A stretch of 64,000 bases of DNA from Maribacter sp. 2-571 (lineage in GTDB: Bacteria > Bacteroidota > Bacteroidia > Flavobacteriales > Flavobacteriaceae): assembly GCF_050589625.1 (NCBI RefSeq), contig NZ_JBNGOP010000003.1, positions 87,023 through 151,022 on the forward strand, written 5' to 3'. The position numbers and the translations under genes are program-made. Below are positions 19,047 through 29,347 of this stretch, in pieces (position 1 is the stretch's first letter; the number at the start of each line of letters is the position of its first letter). The notes under the pieces were generated by a model. It worked only from the letters and a program-made list of their open reading frames with translations, ran no database searches and was not told the origin of the DNA.

Positions 19047-21161
19047 ATGACCATGAAAAGAGCAATCAGCTATTGTATCGGCTTCTATACGGCACTGACC
19101 CTATTAATTTCGTGTCAAGAAGACGAACCCACATTGGATGCCGTTATAGTACCTTCCAACCTCACGGTAAACACTTTGGTGGCGGACGACCAATCCGGTA
19201 ACGTAACCGTTACGCCATCAGCCGAAAATGCGCTTAATTTTCATGTCATTTTCAATCAAGGGGAAGACCCCGTCGTAATTTCAAATGGAGAATCGGCCAG
19301 TTTTAGATATACCCGGTCCGGGCAGTTCTCCACGCCCATTACGGTCATCGCTTTTGGTAAAGGAGGCGTAAGTTCAAGTACCACGGTCAATGTGGATATG
19401 GATGTGCGTTTGTTTATCGATGAGGAAACCCTAAGGCTGATCGGTGGCGATGGTGCCAAAAGATGGGTCTGGGACCGGACCGTAGGCGGTCATTTTGGAG
19501 TAGGTCCCTTGACAAATAGTTTTCCCGAATTCTTCAGTGCAGGCCCAAACCAATTAAATTCCTGTCTTTATGATGATGTTTTGGTGTTCAGTTATGATGA
19601 AAACGATAATTACGGGTACACCTTGGAACCTGGGGAAGGGAATGAAATATTTATGAACTGGACCGAGGTAAACCGATTTTTTCCGGATGCTACCCCCCAA
19701 CAATTTGCGGATGAATGCCGCGATATCACGGATCAAGCAGTTTTTGATACGAGTTTTGTAATCATCGAAAACGAAGATGGAACCCGTACGTTGGATGTCG
19801 GCAGTAGCTTTTTAAGCTATTGGTCGGTGATACCGGGGCAGTACGAAATATTGGAGCTTTCTGAGAACAGATTGGCCTTGCGTGGAATCAGCCAACCTTT
19901 CAATGGTGACGACCCACTTGCCTGGTACAGCGTTTTTGTACCGGAAGACCAAGGGGATACCGGAAGCGGAGAAGCGTTGGAAACCGTTTTTAATACCCTC
20001 GTATGGTCGGATGAGTTCGACGTTGACGGGGCTCCCGATCCTGCAAATTGGACCTACGATTTAGGAACGGGCGATAACGGTTGGGGCAATGAAGAGGCCC
20101 AAAGCTATACCAGTAATGCCGACAACGTTGTTGTTGAAAACGATCTTTTGAAGATAACCGCTAGGGCGACCGGAGGAGGCAGTGCGGCCGATGTTTATTA
20201 TTACGATAGTTTCCGACAGGCCGATGCTGGTGCAAATCCTATTCAGGAAGTACAGGATTTTGAGGGAACAGCTCCAGAATTCAATGGGTTCGAAGGGGCA
20301 AGCTCCGCGGTGGTCGGTAATCCCGATATTTCTGGCATCAATACTTCCGCGAACGTGGCATCGTTCACGAAGAATGCGGGTGCAGCCACCTTTGCGGGAA
20401 CATTTTTTGATTTGGATGCGCCTTTGGATTTTTCTGTAAACAACCGATTGCTTTTAAAGACCTGGTCCCCTAAATCGGGGGCCGTTGTTCGACTTAAGCT
20501 TGAAGATTCATCGGACGGTTCAAAATTTGTAGAGGTAGATGCGACCACAACGGTCGAAAACCAATGGGAAGAATTGACCTATGACCTAAGTGCCGCTCCG
20601 GGGTTCGATTACGATAGGATCGTAATTTTCTTTGACTTCGGGCTTGCAGGTCCAATGGGTTCCGCCTATACCTCGGCACGGATAAAAAGTGAGGGACTTC
20701 AGGAGTTTACCTACGGTAGGGTAGCGGCAAGGGCCAAGCTGCCCACGGGCGGAGGTACCTGGCCCGCAATTTGGATGTTGGGAGGGGATTACTTGACCAA
20801 CCCATGGCCAGCCGCGGGTGAAATGGATATTATGGAACATGTGGGCAACCAACAGGACATTGTTTTTGCCAGTACCCACGATCCCAATAATTTTGCGGGC
20901 AATGCCAGAACGGGATCGACGTTGGTCTCGGGCGTATCCGAGGAATTTCATATTTATGAAATGGAATGGACGCAGACCGAAATTAAATTTGCGGTAGACG
21001 GTACCGTATACCATACCGTTTCCAATGACGGTACCTTGCCCTTTAACAAGGACTTCTTTTTCATTTTAAATGTGGCCATGGGAGGCACCTTTGGTGGCGA
21101 TATCGATTCGAATTTTACCCAGTCGACCATGGAAGTTGACTATATCAGAATGTACCAATAA
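19047..21161 (+). CDS. Multidomain GH16 endo-beta-1,3-glucanase (laminarinase) lipoprotein with Ig-like and CBM-like domains
   Basis: Lipobox LLISC; a fourth copy of the CBM-like module (EFNGFEGASSAVVGNPDISGINTSANV...); C-terminal GH16 domain with catalytic ExDxxE (GEMDIMEHVG). Confidence 0.8.
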   Translation: MTMKRAISYCIGFYTALTLLISCQEDEPTLDAVIVPSNLTVNTLVADDQSGNVTVTPSAENALNFHVIFNQGEDPVVISNGESASFRYTRSGQFSTPITVIAFGKGGVSSSTTVNVDMDVRLFIDEETLRLIGGDGAKRWVWDRTVGGHFGVGPLTNSFPEFFSAGPNQLNSCLYDDVLVFSYDENDNYGYTLEPGEGNEIFMNWTEVNRFFPDATPQQFADECRDITDQAVFDTSFVIIENEDGTRTLDVGSSFLSYWSVIPGQYEILELSENRLALRGISQPFNGDDPLAWYSVFVPEDQGDTGSGEALETVFNTLVWSDEFDVDGAPDPANWTYDLGTGDNGWGNEEAQSYTSNADNVVVENDLLKITARATGGGSAADVYYYDSFRQADAGANPIQEVQDFEGTAPEFNGFEGASSAVVGNPDISGINTSANVASFTKNAGAATFAGTFFDLDAPLDFSVNNRLLLKTWSPKSGAVVRLKLEDSSDGSKFVEVDATTTVENQWEELTYDLSAAPGFDYDRIVIFFDFGLAGPMGSAYTSARIKSEGLQEFTYGRVAARAKLPTGGGTWPAIWMLGGDYLTNPWPAAGEMDIMEHVGNQQDIVFASTHDPNNFAGNARTGSTLVSGVSEEFHIYEMEWTQTEIKFAVDGTVYHTVSNDGTLPFNKDFFFILNVAMGGTFGGDIDSNFTQSTMEVDYIRMYQ

Positions 21162-21189
21162 AGCGCTGTTCGTCAAATTAGTTGTAACT

Positions 21190-21960
21190 ATGAAATACAT
21201 TATGCGTTTCGTACGCTTTCCTTTGATTTTACTTCTCATTATTTCATGCAATGCGCAAGAGGTATTGCTTTGGGAGGAGGACTTTTCAGGTACTGGCTTG
21301 AACAAGGAATATTGGAATTTTGAATTGGGTGACGGTTGTCCCGATCTGTGTGGCTGGGGGAATAACGAACCTCAGGTATACACAAAATCCAACCACAGAT
21401 TGGAAAATGGGTATCTGTACATTACCGTGGATAAAAAAGACTCGGTATATACTTCTACAAAAATCACTACCGAGAAGAAGTTCGAGTTCCAGTATGGTAG
21501 GGTAGAGGCACGGGCCAAACTACCGATAGGAAAAGGGATATGGCCGGCCTTTTGGATGCTTGGATCCAACCACAGAGAGGTCGGTTGGCCATTATGTGGG
21601 GAAATCGATATTCTGGAATACGTAGGGCGCGAACCCGATATGATCTTTAACTCCCTGCATACTGCCGATAGCCATGGTAAAACGGTAAACACCAAAAAAA
21701 GTACTATTGAGAATATAGAGGAAGGCTTTCATGTCTATGCAGCCAACTGGACACCCGATAAGATCGAATTTTTTGTGGATGGAGTGCTGTTGTACACATT
21801 TCAACCCGATAAAAAAGATGAAAAAATATGGCCCTTTGACCAACCTTTTTATCTCATTCTAAACGCGGCGATTGGCGGCGATTTTGGCGGGCATGATATC
21901 GATAATGACATACTGCCCCAAGAATTCGTTATTGACTATATTAAGGTATTCAAAAATTAA
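21190..21960 (+). CDS. GH16 family beta-glucanase (laminarinase) lipoprotein; true start 21190 (the ORF-track 21070 start overlaps the upstream gene)
   Basis: MKYIMRFVRFPLILLLIISC signal/lipobox; GH16 catalytic motif GEIDILEYVG; WPAFWMLG. Confidence 0.8.
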   Translation: MKYIMRFVRFPLILLLIISCNAQEVLLWEEDFSGTGLNKEYWNFELGDGCPDLCGWGNNEPQVYTKSNHRLENGYLYITVDKKDSVYTSTKITTEKKFEFQYGRVEARAKLPIGKGIWPAFWMLGSNHREVGWPLCGEIDILEYVGREPDMIFNSLHTADSHGKTVNTKKSTIENIEEGFHVYAANWTPDKIEFFVDGVLLYTFQPDKKDEKIWPFDQPFYLILNAAIGGDFGGHDIDNDILPQEFVIDYIKVFKN

Positions 21961-22176
21961 ATTGCGACAAGCTAATTTTACGATAGTGTCCAAGCCCGAA
22001 TAGTTGAAAAAATGGTACTAGAACAGGCCTGATGACCTAGTGGTTTCCAGGTGTTCCCCCCGAGTACCATTTTTCATTTTGTTTTGATCCAATTTCAAAG
22101 TTAAAACGGTATACTTTCCATCCGAAATAGATTTTTAGCGCTGAAGCGGGTTCAAAGGTCCTTTCCTTTTTGCAAT

Positions 22177-22345
22177 CAAAAAAATGCGCTAGTACACTTC
22201 CTTTTAAAGAAGGTGCCGGCGCATTCACCACTTGTTTACAGCGAAAATCTCTTTCAACTGTTTTACCATACCCCCGTTTCCGGAGACAGTTATCTTCTCC
22301 ATATTTTCTATCTCCTTCAACTTGAAGCGTAGTTCGTTTTCCCAA
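22177..22345 (-). pseudogene. Remnant copy (about 85-90% identical) of the 3' end plus terminator of the SPFH/band-7 gene at 31451..32557
   Basis: Direct nucleotide comparison with 31397-31590. Encodes ...KITVSGNGGMVKQLKEIFAVNK, the C-terminus of the intact gene; has a 20-bp deletion and keeps the terminator hairpin AATGCGC...GCGCATT. Confidence 0.7.
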
Positions 22346-22456
22346 TTTAGGTTCGCTATGAGGCTCTTCCCCATTCCATGGCGATGCGAAAAAATCCGCA
22401 ATTGCCAAGACCAAATCAATCAATACGAATGTAACCATAGTATGGTTTCCATGCGA

Positions 22457-25400
22457 TTACTTAAGAATTAGCTTGCCCGTATGTCGCTTAGATGTGGTGA
22501 TTGCCTCAATAATGTACATTCCGGATGGTATTGAACTTAAATCGATCTCTAACAGCTTTTTTTCGGAAGTGTTGATCGTTTCATAAACTAGTCTGCCATT
22601 CATATCAAGAATGCGTGCCGCTAAAATAGTCGTTTCTTCCTTGGGTATTTCCAACTTCAAAATCCTGTTTTTATTTGGATTGGGATAGAATGTTAGTTTT
22701 TCAATACCACTGATATCCAATAGGGGTCTACTAGCATCATGATCACAAATATTACCTATTCCGTCACCATCCTTATCTCCTTGATCGGCGTTGGGAGTTG
22801 TGGGACAGTTGTCATTTACATCAAATACGCCATCGCCATCGCTATCTTCACTTTGAAATTCGATAAAACCTTGACATAGCAATCTTTCAGAAAGCGCCCC
22901 TCCACAGCTATTGGTCTCGTTATTATAACTTCCGGTGTTTACTGCTTGTTGTTCTGCTTGTAAAATGGCATCATTTATGGAGATAAAATCTATTTGCAGG
23001 TTTTTGTCTTCACCATTTTCTTCAATGGATCCATCTAGGAATTCGATTCGTATGGGTGCATTTGGCGTAGGGAGAATGAACTCAAATTGCTGGTAGCTTT
23101 TGGTCACTTGTTGTGTAGCTCCTATTTGAGTACCCTCGACCAGTACGCGAAACATTTCTTTACCGCTGTCGCCTTTTGCCTTTACGACCAGTCTGTCACC
23201 GCCGGGCGTTCCAGAATCTTGGGTATCCTGCAAAAAATATCCGGAAAAGGCGATTAGGTAACCCATAACTTCGATATCCGGTTCATTTACCCAGTGTTTA
23301 TTGTATGCATCTATATACGCCTTAGCAGGTGGGGGTACGTTGTCATTGTAATTGCTGTTGAGATAACTTCTGTCGTGCGAAGGGCCTTTGACCGGAAGCC
23401 CGCTAGGTGCAGCATCACTAATACTAAAAGGCCTAAAATGCGGGGTTGTCACAGGAGAACTGCCTACACCGGTAATGAACACCTTGCCTAGCGCGTTTCT
23501 ACCCAATAGGATATGAAATTGATCTAACGCTACATTCTTATATTTGATATCTCCTGTAATCTGATAAGCACCCATCAAAGTCCATGCTTTGTGAAGCATG
23601 TTTCCAATGGTATGCCGGTGCTCCCAATACTTCTCTGGCAATATATTGCCATAACCGTCCGAAGTATTTTGAGCCATGTAAGAACCAAGTTGCGCCTTCA
23701 TCGCATTGATGATATCATTTTTAATGGTAGCATTAACGGCCCTATTCTCAATAAGGCAATAGCGCTGCAGTACCTGTAAAAGATTCTCGATACGCATAGA
23801 ATGTGTATTTGGGTTTTCTTCCGGGAAGGGATAATTTAGTTTGCTGTAGCTGTTATAGATAGCAACAAATTTGTCGTGATATTTCTGTTCCCCTGTGTTG
23901 ATGTATAATTCCATGGAGAGCCAAAGGAAATCTTCCTGGTAGGTAAAGTCAAAACGATATGCCTCGACCGTATCCGCAGATCCTGTCCTTCCATTCGCGT
24001 TTAAAAAATTCCATGCTGCTATTGCCTTTTGCTGACAGCGATTCGCAAATGGCGTGTCGTAGTCTTTAAATACACGATTTGCTCTGGCCAATACGGCCCC
24101 TACTTTACCCGTGTTTGTGGAGTATACATCCCCGATCAGGTATTCCGTATCATCGTTCTGAGGAGGAACCCGGCTTGGATGACTGTCTTGAACCGGGCCG
24201 AGACCAATGGAAACACCGCCGTCATCGTTCATCATCTTTATCATCCAATCCAGCCCCCATTTTGCCTCAATCAGCAAATCGGGCATACCGGAAATACGCT
24301 CATTTGAAGCTAAAGAAGAGGGGATTTCATCAAATTCACGGGGAAACAACTCTGCTATTTCCAACATTCTATTGACCGCCTGGGCATGGCTCATCGTGGA
24401 TCTTCTGTAATCGCCTCCATTATGCCAGCCACCTTCAACATTTCTATTGTCCGCAATGTAGTTACCATCTACATATCGCTGTTTGCCGGCATGCAAGTGG
24501 CATTTAGGATGCCCTACAACCTCATGTTGAACGGCATAACTACAACGGCTGGAATAGATCCCCCTTAACGAAGTACGGAACAACTCCTGGTACACTCGAT
24601 CACCAATAACAAAAGCAGGAGAGGTTTGTTCATTTACCTTGACCCTGTACCTACCAGGGGTGGTAAAATCTGAAAAATCACCTTTGAAGACGTTTTCATT
24701 GGCGTATTTATCGTATTTGGAATCAGACATGTTTCCCGTAAACACTACGTTGTTATCAGTATCCAATAACTGGAAAGAAGCCGCTGAAAAATTGGTCCTA
24801 AAGTCTTTGGGATGTAAGGTTTCGTAACCTACTTGATTTACATGTATTTTGTCCGTCGCATTTCCTGTGGCATTGGAATCGCTTGATCTTGGGTCGTAAT
24901 CGGTTTGTATGTTCAAAGGCGTATTACCGGCGTTTGCTATGGCATCCCATTTTACAAATTTGTAACGTGAAATTTGATTTGCCACTCCATCGTGGGCCAA
25001 AAACATGCCTTTCGCGAAATCGCCTCCTAAATTCACGTTGGTGACATCAATGCCATCTGTATTTTGAACATCGGTCAGTGCAAAGCTTTTGAGGTATTTG
25101 TTTTTTGCCTGACTATCTGCAAAGGCTCTTTCGAAAACCGCGTACTGATTTTTTCCCTGGACCGATGCTATTAAATATCCATTTCCCGAGTTTCCGTAAT
25201 ACAACGTTAACCCCTCCACATCTGCAGCAAGGTTGGCATTACCGGAGACGGTAGCGACGGTCACTCTTTCATTCATAAGTACACCGTCGCCGTTGGTAGG
25301 GTACCGATAAATACCTTTGTCCTCAGCGGCGATATAGATGACGTTTTTCTCGTCATCCGCCACAATTCCCTCAACTTCAGTTCCGTTGCCACTAACATCT

Positions 25401-26053
25401 ATTACCGTTGTTACCCGTACCCCTTTGATACGGTCTTCTTCCGCACCTGACAGGTTGGGTTCCAATCGATATTGCGCTACTTTTCCCGCCTTATCACTAA
25501 CAATAACGTAATGGATGTCTTTGGCTTTGTTATGGAACATGGCCAGGCCATAGGGGGCATCGCCTCCGGACAAGAAGCCATTTCCCAGCGCTATTTCACC
25601 GACTTTTTCTAGGGTAACAAAATCGCCACTGGTATTCTTGTTGACCTTAAAAACATCTATTTCCTCATCCGATCTGTTTGAAACGCATACAATATCCCAA
25701 AGTTGCTGACCGGTATCAAAGTTGTATTTGATATCAATGTTGTTATAGCGTTCGCCTTTTTCAAAAAGATTGATTCCTTCTTGCCAAGTGTTTTGCCTTA
25801 CAGATTTCCCATCCAATTTAAAGGCGTAGATGCCGCCGACGTCCGTTTTACTTTTATTCACTCCTAAGACCACACTTTTGCTTGGTGTATAGGGGTGGAT
25901 CCAGATACAGGGGTCATCTGCCTTATCCCCATTTCCCAACATGGGTTCCGAGGTTATGGTTGGACGTATCACTGGAATGTTTTGCGCAAGTGCATTGCGG
26001 GACGTAAATAGCAATAGAAACAGTAAAATGGGGAGTGTATTTTTCGTATTCAT
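22457..26053 (-). CDS. T9SS-secreted multidomain protein: phytase-like beta-propeller (BPP) domain, Ig-like CelD_N, GH9-like (alpha/alpha)6 domain, CBM-like module, thrombospondin-3-like Ca-binding repeats, T9SS C-terminal sorting domain
   Basis: Signal peptide; ADDPCIWIHP (BPP DDPAIW-type motif); GGWHNGGDYRRS (compare GH9 GGWYDAGDH); DSDGDGVFDVNDNCPTTPNADQGDKDGDGIGNICD; C-terminal LTFYPNP...GMYIIEAITTSKRHTGKLILK. Confidence 0.65.
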   Translation of the reverse strand: MNTKNTLPILLFLLLFTSRNALAQNIPVIRPTITSEPMLGNGDKADDPCIWIHPYTPSKSVVLGVNKSKTDVGGIYAFKLDGKSVRQNTWQEGINLFEKGERYNNIDIKYNFDTGQQLWDIVCVSNRSDEEIDVFKVNKNTSGDFVTLEKVGEIALGNGFLSGGDAPYGLAMFHNKAKDIHYVIVSDKAGKVAQYRLEPNLSGAEEDRIKGVRVTTVIDVSGNGTEVEGIVADDEKNVIYIAAEDKGIYRYPTNGDGVLMNERVTVATVSGNANLAADVEGLTLYYGNSGNGYLIASVQGKNQYAVFERAFADSQAKNKYLKSFALTDVQNTDGIDVTNVNLGGDFAKGMFLAHDGVANQISRYKFVKWDAIANAGNTPLNIQTDYDPRSSDSNATGNATDKIHVNQVGYETLHPKDFRTNFSAASFQLLDTDNNVVFTGNMSDSKYDKYANENVFKGDFSDFTTPGRYRVKVNEQTSPAFVIGDRVYQELFRTSLRGIYSSRCSYAVQHEVVGHPKCHLHAGKQRYVDGNYIADNRNVEGGWHNGGDYRRSTMSHAQAVNRMLEIAELFPREFDEIPSSLASNERISGMPDLLIEAKWGLDWMIKMMNDDGGVSIGLGPVQDSHPSRVPPQNDDTEYLIGDVYSTNTGKVGAVLARANRVFKDYDTPFANRCQQKAIAAWNFLNANGRTGSADTVEAYRFDFTYQEDFLWLSMELYINTGEQKYHDKFVAIYNSYSKLNYPFPEENPNTHSMRIENLLQVLQRYCLIENRAVNATIKNDIINAMKAQLGSYMAQNTSDGYGNILPEKYWEHRHTIGNMLHKAWTLMGAYQITGDIKYKNVALDQFHILLGRNALGKVFITGVGSSPVTTPHFRPFSISDAAPSGLPVKGPSHDRSYLNSNYNDNVPPPAKAYIDAYNKHWVNEPDIEVMGYLIAFSGYFLQDTQDSGTPGGDRLVVKAKGDSGKEMFRVLVEGTQIGATQQVTKSYQQFEFILPTPNAPIRIEFLDGSIEENGEDKNLQIDFISINDAILQAEQQAVNTGSYNNETNSCGGALSERLLCQGFIEFQSEDSDGDGVFDVNDNCPTTPNADQGDKDGDGIGNICDHDASRPLLDISGIEKLTFYPNPNKNRILKLEIPKEETTILAARILDMNGRLVYETINTSEKKLLEIDLSSIPSGMYIIEAITTSKRHTGKLILK

Positions 26054-26275
26054 GATTTTATAGGATTAAGAAGGAACGTATTTAATAGTATTTAGGTAAC
26101 CATAATGCGGAATATCCGGGTGGGGGCTATGTCAGAAAGCGCAAAATGAAAGGTCTATAGAAGCTATTGAAAAACTATCTTGGTTTGATATTTCAACAAC
26201 TATTTAGGGGGCTCTTTATCGATAAAAACAAAAATGGGGCGGTAAACGATAGTTCACCACCCCCTATTGTATTGT

Positions 26276-29200
26276 TTAATGCCGTATGATGATTTTGCCG
26301 CTTTGCTTATGGCCATTTACGTAGACAACGGACAGTATGTAAGTGCCATCTTTCAACTCGGACACATCGATACTCCTGTCTTCGAAGGTGGTAATCTGTT
26401 TCAGCAATGCTCCCGAAAGCGTATAAACATTCACATAAAGAATGTCTTCTTGGCTGTCCAAGGTCACGGTGCTTTGGGCCGGATTTGGATATAGTTGTAA
26501 CTCCTTGTCCTTGGCCGCCACATTATCTGCTTGCAGTCTCGTACTACCATTGCCATTGCAACCCATAAATTGTATTTCGTTTAACTTGAGGTCTTTTTTG
26601 GTCCAGTTCTTCAGGTCGGTTAATTCCTGGCCACCAATGGAAACACAATCAAAGGTGATGTTCTGGGGGAAAATGGTATTGCTATACCCTAAGAACCTGC
26701 TTTTAAGTCCTCCATCGGCCGCCACGGTCCAGTTCCTAAATGTGATATTCCTGAATTTTGCACTTACCAAGCGCTCACCCGAATTTTTGCCTGGTTGCAT
26801 CTTCAGGTCAAAAAGTCGTTTATTTAGGTCTTTGTCCTCTACCCGTATATTTTCCAACAGAATATTTTCGATAACAGCGTCGGATTTCAGGCCTTGCAAA
26901 TCAATGACATTTCCGCCCGATGTATTGTTTACGTTGCCGCGATGGTAAAGGATATCGGCATCACGAACAACACAATTTTTTCCGCCCGCGTAAGCGGTAA
27001 AAATAAAGGCAGAACCATTCCCGTCATTCCATGATGAAATGCGCCGTATCGTAACGTCGTCCATAGAGCTGGCAACATAGTAACCATCATCTTGTGTACG
27101 GGTGAAACAGTCTTCGACCAAGGCATAACCCGATACATGTATCCCATCTCCATTGGGGCGCCAACTCATGATCTTAACCCGTCGTATTTCATTAGGTGCA
27201 GCGGCAGAACCGTCACCAATGGTCAAGGAATGGTGCGAGGGGTCTTCAATGGTAATATCCTCGATCTTTAGATTGCTACTGCCTCTTAACCATTTAATTG
27301 CAGCTTGCGCTTGTTTTGTTCCGTTGATAAACCTGGGTAAATGTGCACCTGAAAGGATCCCCAAGCCAAAAACTCTTATGTTGTTGTATTCCACCTCTTT
27401 TTCAAACGTACCTTTCACAAAAGCACCGTTGGCAAAGTAGTAGTTTACGCCATCCTTTACCTTGTAATTGAGTCCCATATTATGTGTCCCAGGTTTAAAA
27501 ACTACCGTTTGCCCCGCAGTGAGATTGGACGCTTTGGGCATGCCGGTACCAGGTTGTACTACAACGAGATTGTTCGTGGGGGCGTCGATGAACGGATTGG
27601 CAAAAATACCAAGGGTATTTTCTAATTGTGCCTTTCCTCCGGACAGTGGCACTACGGAAAGATAAGCTGTTTTCAGATATGCAGTGGTAGGGGCTTGCAC
27701 GCGTATCTTGGCGACACGCTTGTCGTTTTCGGTTACGTACTTGACCGCTGCTCCTTTTTTACTGGGACGAACTTCCAGGTTTGAAATATTGCCATTTTTC
27801 TTCACAACTTTCACCCATGCTCCTTGATCACCAAACTCAAAATTCACATAACCCATCTTATACCCCCGTAAGAAGTGGTCACCCGTATTTGAATATCCAG
27901 GTTTGATGGTGTTGTTCTTCGCAAGGGTATGATGTACATGCGCCTCTTCGTAAGGGCCATTTTCATTGACCGAAACAAATACCTGATATTCATTTGATCT
28001 GGGAATATCGTTGCGAGGTGGCAATACCCTTATACCGCCTGTTTCGGTGTCATCTTCGTCTTTTGACGGGATGGTGATCGTTTGCTTGTTGGATGTCGCC
28101 ACGGCTACCTCATTTAACATGGGTCTTACAACATACGTATACTCGGCATTAGGTTCTGGATTTGTGTCGGTAAATGTAAGCGTGTTTGCTGCAACGTCGC
28201 CAATATTGTCCACATCATCCCCTCTAAACCGACGAACCCGATAGCCTGTTTCCCCTGCAACATCGCTCCAGTTTAAGGTTACACCACTTTCGGTATAGGT
28301 GGCCTTCAAATCGGTGATATTGGGCAGTGTTTCATCACCGGGGTCTGTATTGCATGAGATCATTGCATTGAACAGTCTATTGCCCGCCTTCCTGATGGCA
28401 ACGGCATCCCAATGAATGGGTTCATTGTCAACTCTGGTAGTAAGATCAATGGTACTGACATAAGAAGTGGTAGCAGCATTGTTCGCGGCATATTCCTGCA
28501 TCGCATGGGCAACATCTAGGTCTAATTGCCCGGCAAATGTATAGGCCGGTTCCATCAAAACTACTTTCATCGAATTTGCCTGGCCGGGAAGTAAATTTTC
28601 AATATCGGCCTTTAGGTCGCTAAGCATAGTTCTCAGTAGCGCACGATATTGATTTTTGGACATTGCTTTATCCGCTTCGCCCTGTTGCCAGCCAAAACCG
28701 ACCAGATTAATGGTTTTGTTGGCTTGCTTTAGTGCGGTTACTTCCCTGGTAATTCGCGCAAGAAAGTCGTCGTACATGCGTTCTCCTTTTTGCCAAATTT
28801 CAATAGAGGTTCCGCCAGAAGCCCCATTGATCAGGGCCAACTTTGTTTGTCCACAATCATATAGTTTGCGGGCCAGCGGTACGTGCATTCCATAATTTCT
28901 TACTTCAACCCCTGTATTTTTTAATTTGTGTAGGTGGGGCGATAAAGCCTTAAAATCACCAATACTTCTCGAAACCCCGATTACATTGGAATTGTTGCTC
29001 AAAAGTACGCCCACATCCGTTTCGGCCGGGTGGTTCCTGGGGACTCGTTCAGACCAAAGTGCCCTACCTCGCATATTTGACTGCCCTGCCAATAGTACAA
29101 GGTCATAAACCTCTGACTCTTTCTCCGTTTTATCCTGACTAGAGTTTATGTTCGAGTCGGATAGGTTGATCATGGTTCCACCGTATGAGGCAGTATGCAG

Positions 29201-29347
29201 TTGGTTTTCCATTTCTGGTGTCGCATCAACCGGATTCCCTTTCGCGGTGGTCGTTTTTTTAGAAAAGGCGGTAGTGATACAAAATGCGCAGAGCGCTAGC
29301 AAAATGTTGGTTTTCAATTTTATAAAGTAAGTGTCATTTTTTTTCAT
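26276..29347 (-). CDS. T9SS-secreted multidomain protein: SASA/DUF303-type carbohydrate esterase (SGNH-like), FN3 domain, right-handed parallel beta-helix (pectate-lyase-like) domain, T9SS C-terminal sorting domain
   Basis: LLAGQSNMRGR (GQSNM esterase motif); FN3 (TYTESGVTLNWSDVAGETGYRVRRF); beta-helix repeats (NGDGIHV..., SSWNDGNGSAFIF); C-terminal LQLYPNPAQSTVTL...GKIIIRH. Confidence 0.65.
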   Translation of the reverse strand: MKKNDTYFIKLKTNILLALCAFCITTAFSKKTTTAKGNPVDATPEMENQLHTASYGGTMINLSDSNINSSQDKTEKESEVYDLVLLAGQSNMRGRALWSERVPRNHPAETDVGVLLSNNSNVIGVSRSIGDFKALSPHLHKLKNTGVEVRNYGMHVPLARKLYDCGQTKLALINGASGGTSIEIWQKGERMYDDFLARITREVTALKQANKTINLVGFGWQQGEADKAMSKNQYRALLRTMLSDLKADIENLLPGQANSMKVVLMEPAYTFAGQLDLDVAHAMQEYAANNAATTSYVSTIDLTTRVDNEPIHWDAVAIRKAGNRLFNAMISCNTDPGDETLPNITDLKATYTESGVTLNWSDVAGETGYRVRRFRGDDVDNIGDVAANTLTFTDTNPEPNAEYTYVVRPMLNEVAVATSNKQTITIPSKDEDDTETGGIRVLPPRNDIPRSNEYQVFVSVNENGPYEEAHVHHTLAKNNTIKPGYSNTGDHFLRGYKMGYVNFEFGDQGAWVKVVKKNGNISNLEVRPSKKGAAVKYVTENDKRVAKIRVQAPTTAYLKTAYLSVVPLSGGKAQLENTLGIFANPFIDAPTNNLVVVQPGTGMPKASNLTAGQTVVFKPGTHNMGLNYKVKDGVNYYFANGAFVKGTFEKEVEYNNIRVFGLGILSGAHLPRFINGTKQAQAAIKWLRGSSNLKIEDITIEDPSHHSLTIGDGSAAAPNEIRRVKIMSWRPNGDGIHVSGYALVEDCFTRTQDDGYYVASSMDDVTIRRISSWNDGNGSAFIFTAYAGGKNCVVRDADILYHRGNVNNTSGGNVIDLQGLKSDAVIENILLENIRVEDKDLNKRLFDLKMQPGKNSGERLVSAKFRNITFRNWTVAADGGLKSRFLGYSNTIFPQNITFDCVSIGGQELTDLKNWTKKDLKLNEIQFMGCNGNGSTRLQADNVAAKDKELQLYPNPAQSTVTLDSQEDILYVNVYTLSGALLKQITTFEDRSIDVSELKDGTYILSVVYVNGHKQSGKIIIRH

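Noticed and set aside
22037-22438. 133-aa and 64-aa minus-strand ORFs overlapping the SPFH 3'-end remnant
   Set aside because: The only meaningful similarity is the ~30-codon remnant of the SPFH C-terminus. The remainder is out-of-frame read-through of the remnant and terminator, so these ORFs are annotated as a pseudogene fragment rather than CDS.
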